NCBI GenBank assembly: GCA_002433895.1
Contig: DJJA01000006.1
Span: 104,630-168,629 of the forward strand
Length of the DNA stretch: 64,000 bases
Origin: Candidatus Gottesmanbacteria bacterium UBA6580
GTDB taxonomy: Bacteria; Patescibacteriota; Microgenomatia; UBA10105; UBA927
Reading direction: 5' to 3'
The stretch's first letter is position 1, and each line of letters starts with the position of its first letter. The notes beneath the pieces are model-generated. The model had not been told where the DNA came from, made no database searches, and saw only the letters and a program-made list of their open reading frames with translations. Positions 60,287 through 64,000 of the stretch are shown in pieces. Made by a program: the position numbers and the translations under genes.

Positions 60287-61396
60287 TTACGTAATAATAT
60301 GCCTATCCCGGAGCACAGCAAGCACTTTTTGGTGTATTGTTTCTTTGGGAAGTATCTGACCGTTTTCTACACACTCGACAAGTACCCAGTTTTCTCTTGA
60401 AGCAGCCAGCGAAAGGTACATTGCTTCCGACTCCTGCCGGTGCTTGGTGTCTGCTTCTAGGATGTCCTTGCGCTCACCCAAATATGCCCGTTCACCTTTC
60501 TTTTTGGTAAGCTCTTCGCCCACTGCCGCCGGCACATGCAGGTAAATTACGATATCTTCACGGGGAATTTTGTGCACTTTATACTCCAACTCATCAATCC
60601 ATTCCAAAAATTCCTTGCGGTCACGCTCGGAAAGCCGCGCGCCCTGATGTGCCATATTGCTTGTTGCGTACCGGTTACAAACGATCACGCCCCCGTGCGC
60701 AAGCCACAAATCCATTTCTTCCTTCGCACTTGCCCGGTCGAGGGCATAGGCAAGTGACGCCAAATATGGCGACACGTCAGCACCAAATTCTCCCGCCAAA
60801 AATCTCCCTGCTATTTTTCCATGAAACGAACTGTAATACCTGGGGAAATCAAACGCTTTTACCGCCGTATGGGATTTTTCAAAATAATCGACCAGCAACT
60901 CCGCCTGCGTTGTCTTGCCGCTGCCATCACCGCCGTCGATAACGATAAGCTTCCCCCGCCTGTTTTTCTCAACTTCAACTTGTTCAAGGAAATGCTTTAT
61001 GAGTATTGGCAAGCTATCTTCATCGTAATGTTCCAAAAAGAGATGGTCAGAAGGGTTGCCGGAAATCATAGCCGAGAGCTCGTTTGTTGTGTCTTTGTAA
61101 AATAGCGCTAATACGGGTTTATGATGCGTCAGCGCATACACCAGCTCTCCGCCCACTCCGCTTGAAGGCTTACTCACCTCAGCAATCACGCAATCAGCGT
61201 CATCAATGGCTTGCTTTTCCCGGTAAAAAATTTCTTCCGCGGTTTGTACCGCATCTTTTTCCAGCTGTTTGTGATCCAATATTTGTTCACCTGAGGTGAG
61301 ACGGTGTCCCAGTTTTTTAATCTCAGCAACGATCGCTTTTTCCTGTGACAGGTAGTCTCCGTTATTGGTGGTCGCCGCGGTAAAGTATATGTTCAT
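60287..61396 (-). CDS. tmk: fusion of nucleoside 2'-deoxyribosyltransferase/DNPH1-like domain and thymidylate kinase
   Basis: N-terminal IYF..AD.VIAEV..PS.GVG.E..A...KPVL; C-terminal IDGGDGSGKTTQ, FPRY, NRY..SN.AHQ. Confidence 0.85.
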   Translation of the reverse strand: MNIYFTAATTNNGDYLSQEKAIVAEIKKLGHRLTSGEQILDHKQLEKDAVQTAEEIFYREKQAIDDADCVIAEVSKPSSGVGGELVYALTHHKPVLALFYKDTTNELSAMISGNPSDHLFLEHYDEDSLPILIKHFLEQVEVEKNRRGKLIVIDGGDGSGKTTQAELLVDYFEKSHTAVKAFDFPRYYSSFHGKIAGRFLAGEFGADVSPYLASLAYALDRASAKEEMDLWLAHGGVIVCNRYATSNMAHQGARLSERDRKEFLEWIDELEYKVHKIPREDIVIYLHVPAAVGEELTKKKGERAYLGERKDILEADTKHRQESEAMYLSLAASRENWVLVECVENGQILPKETIHQKVLAVLRDRHIIT

Positions 61397-61452
61397 CCTA
61401 TGTCTATAGTAGACATTCATCGTGAAATGTCAAAGGAATAACCGGGGAAAAA

Positions 61453-61674
61453 CTATGGTAACGTCGTAGTCTGAGGCTGATGCACGGAAAAGCTTGCCCT
61501 GTTTACCCGCGGTGGCCGGACACCGCCCGGACCGACAAATTCCTCATTATAAAACGTTTTCGGCAACGGAATACCCGCCTCAATCATCCGACGGATTTCG
61601 AGGTAGTGCGGGTTTGTCGTGCCGGCATCGGCAACTATTTCCCTTCTTGGTGGTGACCCCGCCACTTGTTTCAT
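61453..61674 (-). CDS. small hypothetical protein
   Basis: 73-aa ORF overlapping the HAD stop codon (ATGA). Confidence 0.4.
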   Translation of the reverse strand: MKQVAGSPPRREIVADAGTTNPHYLEIRRMIEAGIPLPKTFYNEEFVGPGGVRPPRVNRASFSVHQPQTTTLP

Positions 61675-62330
61675 GGTAAGAGTGTGGGCAGAGTATAAAT
61701 ATCTTCGATAACACTGTCAACACTGTCCGTTTGCGGTGTGGTCACTCCCCAGCTCACTAAACACGTTTGCATCCCCACCGTTTTGGCAGGCACAAGGTCT
61801 ACCGCCTCCCGGTCTCCTATCATAAGATGCGAGGCTGGGGGCTGCCCGGTTTTTTTCATAACGTATTGAAATCCGTCTAACTGCGGCTTATTCACTCCCA
61901 CGACTTCTGACGTTACCACTTCGGTAAACAAAGAGGCAGACAAACCAAGCACTTCAAGTCCCTCGGTCACTTTTTCTTTGATACCGTTGACCAATAAATA
62001 ATGTGTGTATGTTCTAAGCGACTCAAACGCAGATACCAACTTCTCATCACGGGCCAAATACTTACGCCGGTCTTTGTACAACTCACATTCGATGGCTGCT
62101 TCCCGCACCGAAATCCCGGCAAGCTTCGCCGCGGTTTCAGTACTGCTGGGCGTAACAACTTGAAATACTTTATGAAATTCGGTCACCGTTTTTTCACGGC
62201 TCCAGCCCGTATGCTTCATGACCAATATATAATCCGCCTCGATTATGGCGCGATCGAGCTCGGGCGTTGGTTTATACAGCGTCCCGTCAAAATCCCATAC
62301 ACAAACTGAAACACCGGAAAATGTTGCCAT
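61671..62330 (-). CDS. HAD family hydrolase (5'-nucleotidase-like)
   Basis: DFDGTLY, NG, KP, IGD...D..PAK.VG. Confidence 0.88.
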   Translation of the reverse strand: MATFSGVSVCVWDFDGTLYKPTPELDRAIIEADYILVMKHTGWSREKTVTEFHKVFQVVTPSSTETAAKLAGISVREAAIECELYKDRRKYLARDEKLVSAFESLRTYTHYLLVNGIKEKVTEGLEVLGLSASLFTEVVTSEVVGVNKPQLDGFQYVMKKTGQPPASHLMIGDREAVDLVPAKTVGMQTCLVSWGVTTPQTDSVDSVIEDIYTLPTLLP

Positions 62331-62337
62331 ATCTTTC

Positions 62338-62982
62338 TTAGTGTACACTATGAGGATTACGGAGTGCGCCCCGGACAAGCGACACAAACTGTGCCTGCGC
62401 GTCTTTATCCCGGGATATATTGAGTGTATCCGTCGGCACCCGAAGCACCGGGATCGTCGTGTTTTGCTCCAGCCACTTGCGGTTTAGCTTATCGAGCAGT
62501 GTAAGATAATCCGTCGGTATTGCCTGTTCAAATTCCCTCCCCCTGGCGGCAATCCGTTGTTCGATGGCGGGGATGGAGGTATCCAAAAAAACAATAAGGT
62601 CAGGTTGTGGAAAATGCGGCGTAAATTCATGATATATTTTTTGATACAGCGCCCACTCCGCGTCATCCATATGCCCTAACTCGTGCTGTGCGCGCGCGTA
62701 TGAATACACATCCTGGGTAATCGGGGTATCTTGTATTACTGGAGTTTTTTCCAACATCCCCTTGGCCTCTACCATTTGCCTGATTTTTTCCATGAGGAAA
62801 AACGTTTGCGAATGAAACGCCCACCTGCCCATATCCTGGTAAAACCGGGGTAAAAATGCGTTCTCCTTAACGTTTTCTTCAACGAGGGTATATCCTAGTT
62901 CTTTGGCGAGCAGGTTCGCGGCGGTTGTTTTTCCGCTTCCCATGGTGCCCATTACCGCAATGTAATCGTGTCGTTCTTTCAT
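62338..62982 (-). CDS. deoxynucleoside kinase
   Basis: G.MGSGKTT, FY.D..RW.F..Q, PDL.VFL, RI..RGR.FE. Confidence 0.92.
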   Translation of the reverse strand: MKERHDYIAVMGTMGSGKTTAANLLAKELGYTLVEENVKENAFLPRFYQDMGRWAFHSQTFFLMEKIRQMVEAKGMLEKTPVIQDTPITQDVYSYARAQHELGHMDDAEWALYQKIYHEFTPHFPQPDLIVFLDTSIPAIEQRIAARGREFEQAIPTDYLTLLDKLNRKWLEQNTTIPVLRVPTDTLNISRDKDAQAQFVSLVRGALRNPHSVH

Positions 62983-63063
62983 TACTTACCAGTCGTTTTA
63001 ACATATTAAAAACCGGCAGACAAGCGGGATCCTGCAGTGCCATCTCTCAGGCATTTCATTGAT

Positions 63064-63093
63064 TTGACAATACGGGATATTCAGGGGTAGCAT
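63064..63093 (+). promoter_or_regulatory. putative promoter of the glmS leader
   Basis: TTGACA, 18-nt spacer, TAGCAT. Confidence 0.55.
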
Positions 63094-63143
63094 AAGGGAT
63101 ACAGAAAGGCACATTAAAAAGAGAGCGGCAATTGGACAGGTTT

Positions 63144-63480
63144 AAGCGTGTGGCCCACGGAATTGACTAATAACAATTAACAGTTAACTGTTAACCAGAA
63201 AATAAAACTTCTGTGTCAATAGTTAATAGTAAACAGTTTCTAGTTCGCTTCGCGGGATACGAGGAAGGGGCCTCGCCATCGACTGAAAAGTCAGAGGTTC
63301 GGCGGGGAATCGGACACAATTTCAGCTCTTTCTGTTTTTCGGGAAGAGTTGGGGAAACCCGTTTTCGGGAGTCCCCAAGAAGCTGTAGTATCTGCGGAAA
63401 CCCCTCGGTGGCACTCCCCACCGCAATTCTTGCGAGAAGCCCCGCCGTAAGGCGAGGTATAGAACGGCAAGGAACGGAGT
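63144..63480 (+). ncRNA. glmS ribozyme-like RNA with large insertions
   Basis: AGCG site, ACGAGG, P2 AGGGG/CCCCU, AUCG..GCGG core, P3 GGUGG/CCACC, P3.1 ACUCC/GGAGU, P4 UUCUUGC/GCAAGGA, P4.1 with GUAA loop; upstream of glmS. Confidence 0.78.
63161..63248. repeat. 7-nt periodic two-armed repeat element, copy 4 (inside ribozyme P1)
   Basis: aattgac taataac aattaac agttaac tgttaac ... tgtcaat agttaat agtaaac agtttct. Confidence 0.8.
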
Positions 63481-63559
63481 CCGTATCTCTTCTATTATCT
63501 TCAAATATTTTTTCAATACCCTGTGGTACAGGGATTATTGCTCTTAAGGAGGGCTTAAT

Positions 63560-64000
63560 ATGTGTGGCATTTTCGGATATATCGGGGACAAAAAAACCGC
63601 CCCCCGCATGGTGCTTGCCGGCTTAAAAACGCTGGAATACCGAGGATATGACAGCTGGGGTGTTGCGGTGGTACCTAGCAAACAGTCGACAAACAACACG
63701 ATTGTTGTAAAGAAAAAAGCGGGCAAAATTGGTGACGCGACCGTAAACGACTTGCCGGAAGGCTCACTGGCGTTTGGTCACACGAGATGGGCGACGCATG
63801 GCGGGGTAACCGATAAAAATGCACACCCCCATCTGGATTGCTCCAAGACGGTAGCGGTCATCCACAATGGTATAGTGGAAAACTACGAGACACTCAGAAA
63901 TGAGCTCATCAAAAAAGGCCATCGTTTCGTCTCTGAAACCGATACTGAAGTCATCGCACATCTCGTCGAAGAGTATCTTAAAAAATTTTCGGTACTCCCC
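63560..64000 (+). CDS. glmS: glutamine--fructose-6-phosphate aminotransferase (5' part)
   Basis: AAGGAGG RBS; MCGIFG, LEYRGYDSWG, GHTRWATHG, NAHPH, HNGIVEN, SETDTEVIAHL. Confidence 0.97.
   Translation, partial: MCGIFGYIGDKKTAPRMVLAGLKTLEYRGYDSWGVAVVPSKQSTNNTIVVKKKAGKIGDATVNDLPEGSLAFGHTRWATHGGVTDKNAHPHLDCSKTVAVIHNGIVENYETLRNELIKKGHRFVSETDTEVIAHLVEEYLKKFSVLP

Noticed and set aside
63064-63500. RNase P RNA, tmRNA or a group I intron as the identity of the long structured region
   Set aside because: Their hallmark sequences are absent; the glmS ribozyme elements and gene context fit better

Overview
Housekeeping-rich chromosomal segment of a small-genome bacterium in genetic code 11. It is most consistent with a Patescibacteria/CPR (Microgenomates-like) organism, an inference from the form III RuBisCO + ribose-1,5-bisphosphate isomerase pair, archaeal/eukaryal-type ProRS, short EF-Ts, short RF1, PT-rich exported proteins and many ORFans. 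It holds about 70 CDS (dnaB, hisS, rpmE, prfA, htrA, ssb, rpsF/R/U/B, ychF, rbcL, dus, msrB, cysS, recR, prs, ahcY, dnaX, ybeY, proS, rseP, frr, tsf, glyA, tmk fusion, glmS) and tRNA-Leu(CAA). I saw no CRISPR array, prophage or transposase. The most notable signals are non-coding: (1) a T-box riboswitch with an ultrashort stem I and a Pro (CCG) specifier in front of csaA-proS; (2) a His-codon leader-peptide attenuator in front of hisC-hisS-EamA; (3) a glmS-ribozyme-like RNA about twice normal size, with insertions in its core; (4) an unexplained double-terminator leader before a Maf-like gene and glyA; (5) four copies of an intergenic 7-nt-periodic element (three of them two-armed, hairpin-like); (6) stubs of a former ychF flanking the present ychF. 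A DNPH1/NDT-like domain fused to thymidylate kinase sits in a nucleotide salvage cluster. All annotations come from motif recognition by eye; no searches were run.
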